Assembly: GCA_047946875.1 (NCBI GenBank)
Contig: CP181398.1
Coordinates: forward strand, 207,154-271,153
Reading direction: 5' to 3'
Length of the DNA: 64,000 nucleotides
Origin: Candidatus Kerfeldbacteria bacterium
GTDB lineage: Bacteria > Patescibacteriota > Patescibacteriia > UBA10025 > JAHIVO01
Below, piece after piece: positions 1 to 9,262 of this stretch (positions are counted from its first letter, which is position 1; each line of letters starts with the position of its first letter). The notes under the pieces are model-generated. The model had not been told where the DNA came from. It did no database searches and worked only from the letters and a program-made list of their open reading frames with translations. Position numbers and translations under genes: made by a program.

Positions 1-1
1 A

Positions 2-325
2 GTAGCGGTGGATGTTTTTAATGCGGTACGTCTTATTGGTTATCCTGAATGCCAGATAAATTTAGCACATGGTGTAGTCTATCTGGCGAAAGCACCAAAG
101 GATAATTCTGCTTATCTTGGATTATTAGCATCAAAAAAAGATGTTAAAGAATCTATGAATGAACCAGTACCATTACATCTTCGTAATGCAGTTACTGATC
201 TTATGAAGGATCTTAACTATGGAAAGGATTATAAGTATTCTCATGATTATGACAAAGAGGATGGTAAGCAAGATTATTTACCAACGAGTTTGAAAGGGAA
301 AAAATATTATAAAGATAAAAAATAA
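2..325 (+). CDS. rarA: Replication-associated recombination protein A (RarA/MgsA), C-terminal fragment; the 5' end lies upstream of the window
   Basis: Translation matches the conserved RarA C-terminus (…YLAKAPKDNSAY… VPLHLRNAVTDLMKDLNYGKDYKYSHD). The ORF runs from the window edge with no upstream stop. Confidence 0.8.
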   Translation, partial: VAVDVFNAVRLIGYPECQINLAHGVVYLAKAPKDNSAYLGLLASKKDVKESMNEPVPLHLRNAVTDLMKDLNYGKDYKYSHDYDKEDGKQDYLPTSLKGKKYYKDKK

Positions 326-326
326 T

Positions 327-887
327 ATGAATTTACCACGTTTCAACGAAGTTAGTTATGCTCATTTTATTACCACCAAGACTTTTGAGAATAAAAAAAT
401 ATTTAGTGATAAAAACTGTTGTGAAATTTTGGTAAGTGATATTGATTTTTATAGTGGTAAGTTAGGTTTTCAATTAATTGGATATTGTATTATGCCTGAT
501 CATCTTCATCTGATAATTTGGTGGGATGTTGAAGGAAATAATGATTTAAATATTTCAAAAGTGATGCATAGAATTAAAGGATTGTCTGCTCAAAATTTAT
601 CACGTTATTTATTGGGTAGTCGAGGCGTTTCTGCCTCGACAGAAAGCCAAGGCACAAAGGCCTTGTCTACCCTTAGCAAAAAACACGTTATGAAAATATG
701 GCAACCGTCATTTTATGACTTTAATATTTATTCTGACAATAAACTGAACGAAAAATTGAATTATATTCATTATAATCCAGTGCGAGCTGGATTATGTGCA
801 GAGCCTGAGGATTGGATATGGTCATCATATAGTTATTATAAATTTGGAAAACAAGGAAAGATAAATATTAACAATATTACTAAATAA
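327..887 (+). CDS. REP-associated tyrosine transposase (RAYT; IS200-like Y1 HUH transposase)
   Basis: HUH motif IMPDHLHLII. C-terminal catalytic Tyr region YIHYNPVRAGL…W.WSS typical of TnpA_REP/Y1_Tnp. Contains an unusual in-frame GC-rich insert at nt 601-680 (see findings). Confidence 0.75.
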   Translation: MNLPRFNEVSYAHFITTKTFENKKIFSDKNCCEILVSDIDFYSGKLGFQLIGYCIMPDHLHLIIWWDVEGNNDLNISKVMHRIKGLSAQNLSRYLLGSRGVSASTESQGTKALSTLSKKHVMKIWQPSFYDFNIYSDNKLNEKLNYIHYNPVRAGLCAEPEDWIWSSYSYYKFGKQGKININNITK

Positions 888-1775
888 ATGAGTATTGGAT
901 TTTTATTAGCATTAGTAGCGGGATTGATTTGGTCGGGGAGTAATGTATTGGATAAACTATTAGCCAGTAAATTAGTTAAGAGTTTATTTTTTATGATGTT
1001 GATTTTTAGTTCAGTATTCTTTATTATTGGAATAATTATATTTTTAATAGAACCAGTTTTTATTTCAGGAAACGGTTTACTATTTACGATTGCTTCCGGA
1101 GTAGCTCAGTTAGCAGGTGTATTTTTTTACCTCAAAGCAATGAAGACACAAGAAGCTTCCAGAGTAGTGCCACTTTTTTCTATTGGTACAATTCTTATAG
1201 TTTTATTTAGTGCAATATTTTTGGGCGAGGTTTTTTCTACAATTCAGTATCTTGGAATTTTTTTAGTTATTGGCGGTGCCGTATTAATATCCTTACATGG
1301 TTCATTAAAATCAATTTTTAAAAGTAAGTTATTAGGACTTATGTCAATGTCTGGATTATTTATGGCAATAAATGCAATTCTCTATAAATATTTACTTGAG
1401 ACTTATAATTACAAACAAATTTTTTCACATGTAAGTATGTCCGCAGGATTGATAGGCATTATAGTACTTACAATTTTATATATTTTTATCAAAGAAAAAT
1501 TGGAAAAGGTTAGCCTGAAACACATTTTGTTAAATTCTTTCTCAAATACATTAGGAGTAATTGGTGAGTTAATTTATGTTATTGCTCTATCTATGTGGTA
1601 TTTAGCTTTGGTTGAAACTATTGCTTCTCTACAATTTGTTTTTATTTTTTTATGGAGTTTATTATTGTCTAGATTCAAACCAGAATTAATGACTGAAAAA
1701 ATTAACCAGAAGATCTTTATTCAAAAGAGTATTTCCATTATACTTATAATAGTAGGAATATATTTAATTACATAA
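888..1775 (+). CDS. DMT/EamA-like integral membrane transporter (about 10 TM)
   Basis: Highly hydrophobic 295-aa protein with two repeated 5-TM halves, characteristic of the drug/metabolite transporter superfamily. Confidence 0.5.
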   Translation: MSIGFLLALVAGLIWSGSNVLDKLLASKLVKSLFFMMLIFSSVFFIIGIIIFLIEPVFISGNGLLFTIASGVAQLAGVFFYLKAMKTQEASRVVPLFSIGTILIVLFSAIFLGEVFSTIQYLGIFLVIGGAVLISLHGSLKSIFKSKLLGLMSMSGLFMAINAILYKYLLETYNYKQIFSHVSMSAGLIGIIVLTILYIFIKEKLEKVSLKHILLNSFSNTLGVIGELIYVIALSMWYLALVETIASLQFVFIFLWSLLLSRFKPELMTEKINQKIFIQKSISIILIIVGIYLIT

Positions 1776-1778
1776 AAT

Positions 1779-2327
1779 ATGAAAACTGATCTAAAGAAGT
1801 GGAAAAAAGTTAAATCAAAAAAAATACTACATAATAAACATGTACAGATGTATCAAGATTTGGTGAAGCTACCTAATGGTAAACTATATGATTATTTTGT
1901 TGTAGGTAAAAGATCTAAAGCCGTATTAATATTGCCTATGGATAAGAAGGGTAGGATATTGATATCAAAGGAATATCGTCATCCACTAGGTAAAGTAATT
2001 TATCAATCCATAGGTGGCTCAGTAGAAAATAATGAGAAACCATTGGTGGCTGCAAAAAGAGAGCTTAAAGAAGAGTCTGGTTATACAGCAAAGAAGTTTC
2101 AATTGTTAGGTAATTTTTATGTTAACCCTTCTTTAGCAACAACAATTTTTTACGCCTATCTAGCAACTGACTTAGTAAAGGGTGTACCAGAACCAGAGCA
2201 AGAAGAGTTTATCGAGAGTGAGTTTGTGACCCAGAAAAAATTTAAGGAGATGATAAGGACAGGGGAGATAATGGAGCCATTTCTTATGGATGCGTTTTTA
2301 TTATATCAATTAAAGTTTAAAAAATGA
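1779..2327 (+). CDS. NUDIX hydrolase (ADP-ribose pyrophosphatase-like)
   Basis: Nudix box GGSVENNEKPLVAAKRELKEESGY (GX5EX7REUXEEXGU). Confidence 0.8.
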   Translation: MKTDLKKWKKVKSKKILHNKHVQMYQDLVKLPNGKLYDYFVVGKRSKAVLILPMDKKGRILISKEYRHPLGKVIYQSIGGSVENNEKPLVAAKRELKEESGYTAKKFQLLGNFYVNPSLATTIFYAYLATDLVKGVPEPEQEEFIESEFVTQKKFKEMIRTGEIMEPFLMDAFLLYQLKFKK

Positions 2328-2743
2328 TTCAAGTAAATTCAGCCGGAGCAATAATATACTATAATGATAATGGAGAATTAAAATTTTTGTTATTACAATA
2401 TATTGGAAAATATTGGGAATATGCCAGAGGGCATGTCGAGTCAGGAGAATCTAAGATTGATACAGCAAGAAGAGAGATTTCTGAAGAAACTGGATTAAAA
2501 AATTTGAATTTTGTTGAAGGTTTTCAAACGAAATCAGTTTTTCAGTATGAGTATAAAAAAAAGAAACATAGTAAGGAAGTAGTCTTATTTCTTGCAGAGT
2601 CCAAAAGTAATAAGGTAAAAATTTCGCATGAACATATTGGATTCGTATGGTTATCTGCAAAAGAGGCATTAAAAAGGATAACCTATGCAAATAGTAAAAA
2701 AGCTTTTAAAGATGCTCTTGATTTTCTAAAAATTAAGTACTAG
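2324..2743 (+). CDS. NUDIX hydrolase
   Basis: Nudix box ARGHVESGESKIDTARREISEETGL. 4-nt ATGA overlap with the upstream NUDIX gene suggests translational coupling. Confidence 0.8.
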   Translation: MIQVNSAGAIIYYNDNGELKFLLLQYIGKYWEYARGHVESGESKIDTARREISEETGLKNLNFVEGFQTKSVFQYEYKKKKHSKEVVLFLAESKSNKVKISHEHIGFVWLSAKEALKRITYANSKKAFKDALDFLKIKY

Positions 2744-2806
2744 ATATATTGACCAATAGCTCAAAATAAGGTATTTTTAATATATATTCATTAAGCAAAA
2801 AAATAT

Positions 2807-3142
2807 ATGCAAGATGAAAGATGGAAAGATATTATTGGTAGAGTGTTGGATGATTTTGACGTACTTGAGCATGAAACAAAAGATTTAGATCCTGGTCCTG
2901 GTGATGTAGAATATATTATTTTTAATGGACCTCTAGGTAAAATGAAGTTAGAGAGAACTAACAAACCAGTGATTTTAGATAAAAAAGGTTTGGGTTCTAG
3001 AAGGATAGGAAGTGAGGTAACAGTCCAATATACATATTCAGATACTGAGAAGGTACATAATTTCAAAGCATATCAATGGAAAGAAGATCGGGATAGTTGG
3101 GTAGAAATGGAAATGGAGGAGAAAGGTATGTTTAGCATGTAA
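2807..3142 (+). CDS. hypothetical protein
   Basis: 111-aa ORF with compact spacing in a co-directional gene array. No recognisable motif. Confidence 0.4.
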   Translation: MQDERWKDIIGRVLDDFDVLEHETKDLDPGPGDVEYIIFNGPLGKMKLERTNKPVILDKKGLGSRRIGSEVTVQYTYSDTEKVHNFKAYQWKEDRDSWVEMEMEEKGMFSM

Positions 3143-3147
3143 ATAGT

Positions 3148-3420
3148 ATGACAAATCCTCTAGATATAAATACAAAAATAGCAAATAATTTCTATCAAAA
3201 ATCAAAAATGCTTTCAGAGAAAGGGGATAAGCATAAATTTCGTGCAATATCATATTACAAAGGAGCTAAGGCTATCGAGCAATTGGACAAAGGTTTAGAT
3301 GAAATTTATCAACATGGTTGGCTAGTGGGATTACAGAAAATAAAAGGTATAGGTAATAGACTGGCTCATGATATAGAGACCGAACTAAAAAAATCAAATT
3401 TAATAAAATCTAAAAAATAA
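3148..3420 (+). CDS. hypothetical protein with helix-hairpin-helix-like motif
   Basis: 90-aa ORF. GIGNRLAHDI resembles an HhH DNA-binding motif. Confidence 0.35.
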   Translation: MTNPLDINTKIANNFYQKSKMLSEKGDKHKFRAISYYKGAKAIEQLDKGLDEIYQHGWLVGLQKIKGIGNRLAHDIETELKKSNLIKSKK

Positions 3421-3434
3421 TCTAATATAAAAGT

Positions 3435-3920
3435 ATGAGAAGGAAAGCATCATTAATAACAATTTTAGTAATTGCGATAGCAGGGATAATATTTTCTGGA
3501 TATCTGTCATACTACACATTATTTGCAGAAGGATGTAGTGAAGCAATCATAAGTTGTGGAGGGTCTGATTCAGTAGAAATTTTTGGACTACCGACGTGTG
3601 TCTATGGTTTTTTTATGTATTTAGTAGTAATTATTCTTACTATCATTACTTTGCTGCGTGATAAAAAAAGATGTTTGCAAAAAGCTATTTTAATAATTGG
3701 TATTGCTGGATTATTATTCTCTGGATATTTATCAGTATATGAGCTATTTTTCCAAAATACAGAATTTACGGAATTACCCGCATGTGTTTATGGTTTTGTG
3801 ATGTATTTAGGAATAGTGATTGTAGCTAGTCTTGGTCTTAGTAAAAAGAATTTAGCTTTAGATAGTCATGTGCAGGAAACTGAGATTACTAAAACTTCTG
3901 AGCAGGACGACAATAATTAA
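3435..3920 (+). CDS. membrane protein with internal duplication (4 TM, two Cys-containing repeats)
   Basis: Two repeats, each …C…(L)P(T/A)CVYGF(F/V)MYL… separated by TM helices. Confidence 0.4.
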   Translation: MRRKASLITILVIAIAGIIFSGYLSYYTLFAEGCSEAIISCGGSDSVEIFGLPTCVYGFFMYLVVIILTIITLLRDKKRCLQKAILIIGIAGLLFSGYLSVYELFFQNTEFTELPACVYGFVMYLGIVIVASLGLSKKNLALDSHVQETEITKTSEQDDNN

Positions 3921-3931
3921 TCATAAGTTTC

Positions 3932-4141
3932 ATGGAATTTTTTCAAGATGCATTTAGAGAAGCGGTTAGTTTTCTCACTAACCCAGATGGGCTAGGTTTT
4001 CCTATTTTGATAGGCTCTGGTTTAGGTATGGTTTTGTATCTGATGAATTATTCAAGTAAGGAATCAAAAAAAGCAGATCAAAAGATTGATGAAAAAAAGG
4101 AAACTTATAATAAAACAATTTACCCACATAAGCCATTTTAA
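3932..4141 (+). CDS. small hypothetical membrane protein
   Basis: 69-aa ORF with one hydrophobic helix, directly upstream of the ABC transporter pair. Confidence 0.3.
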   Translation: MEFFQDAFREAVSFLTNPDGLGFPILIGSGLGMVLYLMNYSSKESKKADQKIDEKKETYNKTIYPHKPF

Positions 4142-4146
4142 ATTTT

Positions 4147-4938
4147 ATGTTAAAGGTTACTAATTTAACAAAGAAGTTTAAAAATTTTACTGCGGTTGAT
4201 GATGTTTCTTTCGAAGCGAAGACGGGTGAGATATTCGGATTACTTGGTCCAAATGGAGCGGGTAAGACAACTACAATTAGAGTTCTGGCGACAGTATTAA
4301 AAGCGACTAGCGGTACGGCAAATATCGCTGGTTTTGATATTAATGATAATTCAGAAGAAGTAAGAAAGAATATTGGAGTGTTAACTGCGGAAATTGGTCT
4401 TTATGATAGATTTACTGCTAGAGAGAATATGAGATATTTTGGGCAGTTGTATGGGATGGGTGGTAAGAAGTTGGAAGAAAGGATAGATGAATTAGTTTAT
4501 GTTTTGCATATGGAAAGATTTGCTGATCGCAGGGCTGGTAAATTTTCTACTGGCATGAAACAGAAAGTTGCTATTAGTCGTTCTATTATTCATGATCCTA
4601 AGGTTATTATTTTTGATGAACCAACAGCCGGATTAGATGTTTTAGCATCACAGACCGTTATTTCATTTATGAAAGAATCAAAAAAGAATGGAAAGTTGGT
4701 AATATTATCAACGCACGACATGAATGATGCAGAAAAGCTATGTGATAATATCGCTATAATACATAGAGCAAAAGTAGTAGCCAAAGGTACAGTCAGTGAG
4801 TTGTTACAGAAAACAAACCAAGATAATCTAGAAGGCGCATTTACAAGTATTGTTGGCACTGAAGCAGCTATAGAGGCAGAAAAATTAGCTGAAGAGAAGC
4901 AGTTATCTGAAATGAGTAAGAAGAAAAAATTTTTATGA
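4147..4938 (+). CDS. ABC transporter ATP-binding protein (ABC-2/NatA-like)
   Basis: Walker A GPNGAGKTTT, ABC signature FSTGMKQKV, Walker B IIFDEPTAGLD. Confidence 0.9.
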   Translation: MLKVTNLTKKFKNFTAVDDVSFEAKTGEIFGLLGPNGAGKTTTIRVLATVLKATSGTANIAGFDINDNSEEVRKNIGVLTAEIGLYDRFTARENMRYFGQLYGMGGKKLEERIDELVYVLHMERFADRRAGKFSTGMKQKVAISRSIIHDPKVIIFDEPTAGLDVLASQTVISFMKESKKNGKLVILSTHDMNDAEKLCDNIAIIHRAKVVAKGTVSELLQKTNQDNLEGAFTSIVGTEAAIEAEKLAEEKQLSEMSKKKKFL

Positions 4939-6125
4939 AAGAGATATTCACAGTCTGGAAAAAAGAATTAATTGATAATTTCAGAGATCGACGTACTTTG
5001 ATAACTGCAATAATGATGCCGATTATATTAATGCCATTGATGTTAATAGGTACTTTTAAATTACAAGAATATCAAGTAAATCAAGCAGAAGAAAAAACTA
5101 CAATAATTGGTATTAATAAACAAGAGTCTGCTCCAAGTCTTATTTCGTATTTGGAAGAACAAGATAAAGTAGAATTGGTATATGGGATTGGTAATTATAA
5201 AAATGATATTGATGATGGGACGATCAATGTATATATTGAAGTAGAAGAAGATTTTGAAACAGTTTTGAGTAGTCAAGGTATTGCTGATGTAAGTTTATAT
5301 TTAAAATCTTCAAATATTGACTCTTCGACAGCGGTCAGCAAAGTTAATTTATTCCTAAATACTTTTAATCAGATAATTGGAGTAAGTCGTTTATCTGAAC
5401 AGGGGATTGATCCAAATATTATTCAAGGTTTAGCAATAAATATAGAAGATATTTCTACCGCTGAAGAACGAGGTGGATTTATTGTGGGACTATTGCTGCC
5501 TATGTTCATAGTAATTTTTGCTATTGTTGGTGGTATGTATATAGCTATCGATGTTTCCGCTGGAGAGAAAGAAAGAAAAACTTTGGAAGCATTATTATTA
5601 GCACCTATATCTAGATTCAAATTGGTTATGGGAAAGTATTTAGCAGTAACTACTATGGCAAGTATTACAATAATTTTGTCACTTATATCTATGAGTGTGG
5701 CATTTTCTGTGTATCCTCCAGATTTAGCAGGTTTAGGAGAGGTTGTTATCAATTTAAATATAACCAGTGTTAGTATAATGCTAATAATTGGAATAATTAT
5801 GGCTTTTATGTTTTCTGGTTTTCTATTGTCTGTAGCTATTTTCGCTAAGAGTTATAAGGAGGCTCAGAATTATATATCCCCATTTTATTTATTGGCAGTG
5901 TTGCCAGTGGCGATAGCAAATTCTTTACCTGGTTTTAAACCAACTATATACTTTTTTGCAATTCCTGGTGTAAATGCTGTATTTGTAATCAAAGAATCGC
6001 TTCTTGGAGTTTATGATTTTACGCATATAATGATCACTATAATTTCATTATTGATTTTTGCTGCTATATCTATTGTTGTGGCTAGTAAAATTTATTCTAA
6101 AGAAGGAATATTATTTCGAGATTAG
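4935..6125 (+). CDS. ABC-2 family transporter permease
   Basis: N-terminal TM, a large extracytoplasmic loop, then 5 C-terminal TMs. 4-nt overlap with the ATPase gene. Confidence 0.6.
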   Translation: MKEIFTVWKKELIDNFRDRRTLITAIMMPIILMPLMLIGTFKLQEYQVNQAEEKTTIIGINKQESAPSLISYLEEQDKVELVYGIGNYKNDIDDGTINVYIEVEEDFETVLSSQGIADVSLYLKSSNIDSSTAVSKVNLFLNTFNQIIGVSRLSEQGIDPNIIQGLAINIEDISTAEERGGFIVGLLLPMFIVIFAIVGGMYIAIDVSAGEKERKTLEALLLAPISRFKLVMGKYLAVTTMASITIILSLISMSVAFSVYPPDLAGLGEVVINLNITSVSIMLIIGIIMAFMFSGFLLSVAIFAKSYKEAQNYISPFYLLAVLPVAIANSLPGFKPTIYFFAIPGVNAVFVIKESLLGVYDFTHIMITIISLLIFAAISIVVASKIYSKEGILFRD

Positions 6126-6189
6126 TAGACCTTTATCAATATCCAAAATGTGCGTATAATAACAGATGATAACAAATTAAAAAGATATT

Positions 6190-6642
6190 ATGCAAGTAGG
6201 TAAAATAATGACAAAAAATCCGGTTACAATACCTGATTCAGCCACTTTATTAAAAACAGCCAAAATATTGAAAGATAATAATATTTCAGGTGCTCCCGTA
6301 GTAAATGAAGATGGAGATTTAGTTGGTATTGTATCTGAGAAAGACGTTTTTAAGGCTTTATACCCATCACATGCTGAGTTTTATGATAGTCCAGGTATTT
6401 GGGTAGATTTAGAATCACTTGAAGAGAAAACAAGAGATGCTATTGATAAACCTGTTCAAGATTTTATGACAAGAGATGTAATAACAGTTAATTCTAATGC
6501 ATCATTAATGCAGGTTGGTTCAATGATGATGGTCCGTGGTATACATCGGATAGTAGTGACTACTCAGGACAATAGGATTGAGGGGATAGTAACCCGTAGA
6601 GATATTTATCAGAATGTACTAAATAAAAGATTAGGGATATAG
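6190..6642 (+). CDS. CBS domain pair protein
   Basis: Two CBS motifs (…IMTKNPVTI…GAPVVNEDGDLVGIVSEKD… and …FMTRDVITV…HRIVVTTQDNRIEGIVTRRD…). Confidence 0.7.
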   Translation: MQVGKIMTKNPVTIPDSATLLKTAKILKDNNISGAPVVNEDGDLVGIVSEKDVFKALYPSHAEFYDSPGIWVDLESLEEKTRDAIDKPVQDFMTRDVITVNSNASLMQVGSMMMVRGIHRIVVTTQDNRIEGIVTRRDIYQNVLNKRLGI

Positions 6643-6645
6643 TAA

Positions 6646-7512
6646 ATGCCAGAATTACCAGAAGTAGAGACTGTAAGGAGTCAGTTAGCTACTGTTTTAA
6701 AAAATAAAAAAATAAACGGATTAGAAATTAGGAAACCAAAACTAATTAAAAGTCCAATTTTTAGTTTCAAAAAAAATGTGGTTGGTGCAAAAGTTACTGG
6801 AGTAAAAAGAAGAGCAAAATTAATAATTATAAATTTATCAAACAGTTACTCGGTATTTATTCATTTAAAAATGACTGGTCAATTGGTATATAGAAATAAG
6901 AAAATATTAAAAGTTGGAGGGCATCCTATCAAGGATGGTGTTAAAGATTTGCCAAATAAATATTCCCATATTATTTTTTCAATGACAGATGGTGGCGAAT
7001 TATTTTTTAATGACCTAAGACAATTTGGTTATTTAAAATTAGTTAAGACTTTAGATATTGATAATATATTTGTTAAATCAAAAATAGGTCCAGAACCACT
7101 TGATAAAGAATTCAGCTTAGATGTTTTTCAGAAACTTCTGAAAAAGAAGCCTAAGTCAAAAATCAAACCGTTATTGATGGATCAGACTTTTGTGGCTGGT
7201 ATAGGTAATATTTATGCGGCTGAGGTTTGTTTTTCTTCCAAAGTTGATCCAAGGAGATTAGTTAATACTTTGAAAGAAAGAGAAATATTTGATATTTATA
7301 AGCATATAGTTAGAATATTAAAACTTGCAGTAAAAAAACAAGGCACTTCATCAAAAAACTATGTTGATGCTTATGGTAATCCTGGTAGCTATGTTCCTAT
7401 GCTAAAAGTTTATGGAAGAAAAGATAAGAATTGTTTTCAATGCAAAACCAAAATTTTATCGATGAAGCTAGCTGGGCGGGGGACAAATTATTGTCCTAAA
7501 TGTCAAAAATAA
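6646..7512 (+). CDS. mutM: Formamidopyrimidine-DNA glycosylase (Fpg/MutM)
   Basis: N-terminal MPELPEVETVR catalytic motif, H2TH region, C-terminal zinc finger CFQC…CPKC. Confidence 0.9.
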   Translation: MPELPEVETVRSQLATVLKNKKINGLEIRKPKLIKSPIFSFKKNVVGAKVTGVKRRAKLIIINLSNSYSVFIHLKMTGQLVYRNKKILKVGGHPIKDGVKDLPNKYSHIIFSMTDGGELFFNDLRQFGYLKLVKTLDIDNIFVKSKIGPEPLDKEFSLDVFQKLLKKKPKSKIKPLLMDQTFVAGIGNIYAAEVCFSSKVDPRRLVNTLKEREIFDIYKHIVRILKLAVKKQGTSSKNYVDAYGNPGSYVPMLKVYGRKDKNCFQCKTKILSMKLAGRGTNYCPKCQK

Positions 7513-7564
7513 AATGACGCTTTAAAGCGTCATCCTGAGGTCATAATAATAACCGAAGGACCTC
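7513..7564. repeat. REP-like hairpin element (AAATGACGC…GCGTCATCCTGAGGTC…GACCTC), a family member
   Basis: Inverted repeats gacgctttaaagcgtc and gaggtc/gacctc. A near-identical copy lies in opposite orientation at 24716-24771. Confidence 0.6.
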
Positions 7565-7578
7565 AATTGTTAATTTAT

Positions 7579-8016
7579 TTAGAATATATAATAAGAGAGA
7601 GCACCTATTGCAAATCCAATTATACCTCCTATTAAAACTTGTAAAGGAGTGTGTTGTAGTTTAGTAGAAACAGGATTTAAACCTTCATTAGCAAGTTCTG
7701 GGTGGTTATCAACTATCATTTTTAGTACTTTACTATTTTCATCTACAAAACCACGAAATTTCATGGCATCGACAATAATTATTGCTGAAAAAATAATTGA
7801 AATTCCGAATGCAATAGAATCTACTCCAGCATAATAACCCACTAATGTAGTTAGAGATGTAACTGTTGCAGTATGTGATGAGGGCATCCCACCGTAAACA
7901 GACAATATTCCTTTAAGATTAAAATTACCCTTAATGCCATCGGTCGTAAGTTTGATTGTTTGTACTACGAGTATAGTAATAATGGCGGTAAGTACTATTT
8001 GTATGGTAATATTCAT
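7579..8016 (-). CDS. DUF212 / divergent PAP2 family membrane protein (acid phosphatase/vanadium haloperoxidase-related)
   Basis: Conserved YGGMPSSHTATV motif of the YuiD/DUF212 family. 4 TM. Confidence 0.6.
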   Translation of the reverse strand: MNITIQIVLTAIITILVVQTIKLTTDGIKGNFNLKGILSVYGGMPSSHTATVTSLTTLVGYYAGVDSIAFGISIIFSAIIIVDAMKFRGFVDENSKVLKMIVDNHPELANEGLNPVSTKLQHTPLQVLIGGIIGFAIGALSYYIF

Positions 8017-8024
8017 AATATACT

Positions 8025-8840
8025 ATGGATTATTTATATTCGACAATTTTAGGATTGATTCAAGGTTTGACTGAGGTGTTTCCGGTGTCTAGTTCTGGAC
8101 ACTTGGTGATTGCCCATGACTTATTAAACTTTGATTTTGTTAGCGATTTAAGTTTTGATGTTGCTTTGCATTTAGGTACACTTTTAGCTCTAGTTGTTTA
8201 TTTTTATAAGGATATTAATAAATATATCGTATCATTCTTTGGTAGTTTTGCCAATTGGGATTTGAAAAATAACTTTGATCAACGGATGGCTTGGTACATA
8301 TTAGTTAGTACTATACCAGCTGGTATAGCTGGCTTTTTTATGGCAGATATTGCAGAAGAATTATTAAGGAATTTATGGTTGGTCGCATCAATGTTAATAA
8401 TATTTGGAATATTTTTTATTGTTTTTGAAAAGATATTTAAAAAAGACAAAGAGTTAGATCAATTAAAATGGTTTGGCGCTATTCATATTGGCGTCGCTCA
8501 GGCCATAGCCTTAATTCCCGGTGTTTCTAGATCAGGTATAACAATAATTACAGGTTTAGCGCAGGGCTTGAAGAGGGAAGCAGCAGCAAGATTTTCTTTT
8601 TTATTATCTATTCCAATAGTGTTCGGAGCAGGTATGAAAAAAATGTATGACGTTAGTCAAACGGGCCTAGAAAATGATCAATGGATTATACTTGGGGTAG
8701 GGTTTGTTGTTTCAGCTGTGGTTGGTTATTTAGCAATCAGATTCTTATTAAAATTCTTACAAAAAAATCCTTTAAATATTTTTGCTTATTATCGTTTTGT
8801 ATTAGCTGGTGTGATTATTATATATTTATTAGTTAGGTAG
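8025..8840 (+). CDS. uppP: Undecaprenyl-diphosphatase (UppP/BacA)
   Basis: N-terminal …GLIQGLTEVFPVSSSGHL… and the C-terminal PGVSRSG motif of the BacA family. Confidence 0.9.
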   Translation: MDYLYSTILGLIQGLTEVFPVSSSGHLVIAHDLLNFDFVSDLSFDVALHLGTLLALVVYFYKDINKYIVSFFGSFANWDLKNNFDQRMAWYILVSTIPAGIAGFFMADIAEELLRNLWLVASMLIIFGIFFIVFEKIFKKDKELDQLKWFGAIHIGVAQAIALIPGVSRSGITIITGLAQGLKREAAARFSFLLSIPIVFGAGMKKMYDVSQTGLENDQWIILGVGFVVSAVVGYLAIRFLLKFLQKNPLNIFAYYRFVLAGVIIIYLLVR

Positions 8841-8854
8841 TTATAATTTGTTCG

Positions 8855-8879
8855 TACTTTCTGTAACCAGAAAGTACCA
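8855..8879. repeat. perfect 10-bp-stem palindrome gtactttctg-taacc-cagaaagtac
   Basis: Seen directly. Lies 15 nt after the uppP stop. Possible terminator hairpin but lacks a T-tract. Confidence 0.5.
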
Positions 8880-9030
8880 AAGAGTTCCGGGGGTCTTCAA
8901 TTCGCTCCCTGGAAATTTTAATATACTATTATTGATTGGCTCAAGAAGACGCCCCGGACCCCCAAAAGTAAAACTTACAACTGTAAAATAAATTTAATTT
9001 ATAAAAGTAAAAATGTAATTATAAAAATAT

Positions 9031-9166
9031 CTTGTCATTCTGAGGAGCCTGAGAGAAACGAAGGGGACGTGAGAATCTCCACGCAAAGCGTGGTAGATAG
9101 CTTTATTAATAGTAAATACACCTGACCAGAGGTCAGGAGATGCTTCGACTTCGCTCAGCATGACAA
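9031..9166. repeat. MITE/REP-like GC-rich element with imperfect TIRs (gtcattctgagg … gctcagcatgac)
   Basis: Its TIRs and inner palindromes (ccacgcaaagcgtgg; cctgaccagaggtcagg) are shared with the element at 52951-53022. Confidence 0.6.
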
Positions 9167-9262
9167 TGGGTGTCAAAAAGTATCATTAATAATAAGTATT
9201 ATTTATAAATAAAAAACCGCCCTATAAAAGAAGACGGTTTTTTTCAATGATTCTATAAATTG

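Noticed and set aside
2451-2690. 79-aa minus-strand ORF inside NUDIX gene 2
   Set aside because: Antisense to a gene with a clear Nudix box. Low-complexity F/L-rich translation.
8855-8960. Possible tRNA/tmRNA-like segment (GGGGGTC…TTCAATTCG…CCCC)
   Set aside because: No cloverleaf can be drawn. The stem-loop sizes are wrong for an anticodon or T arm, and there is no CCA or conserved T-loop.
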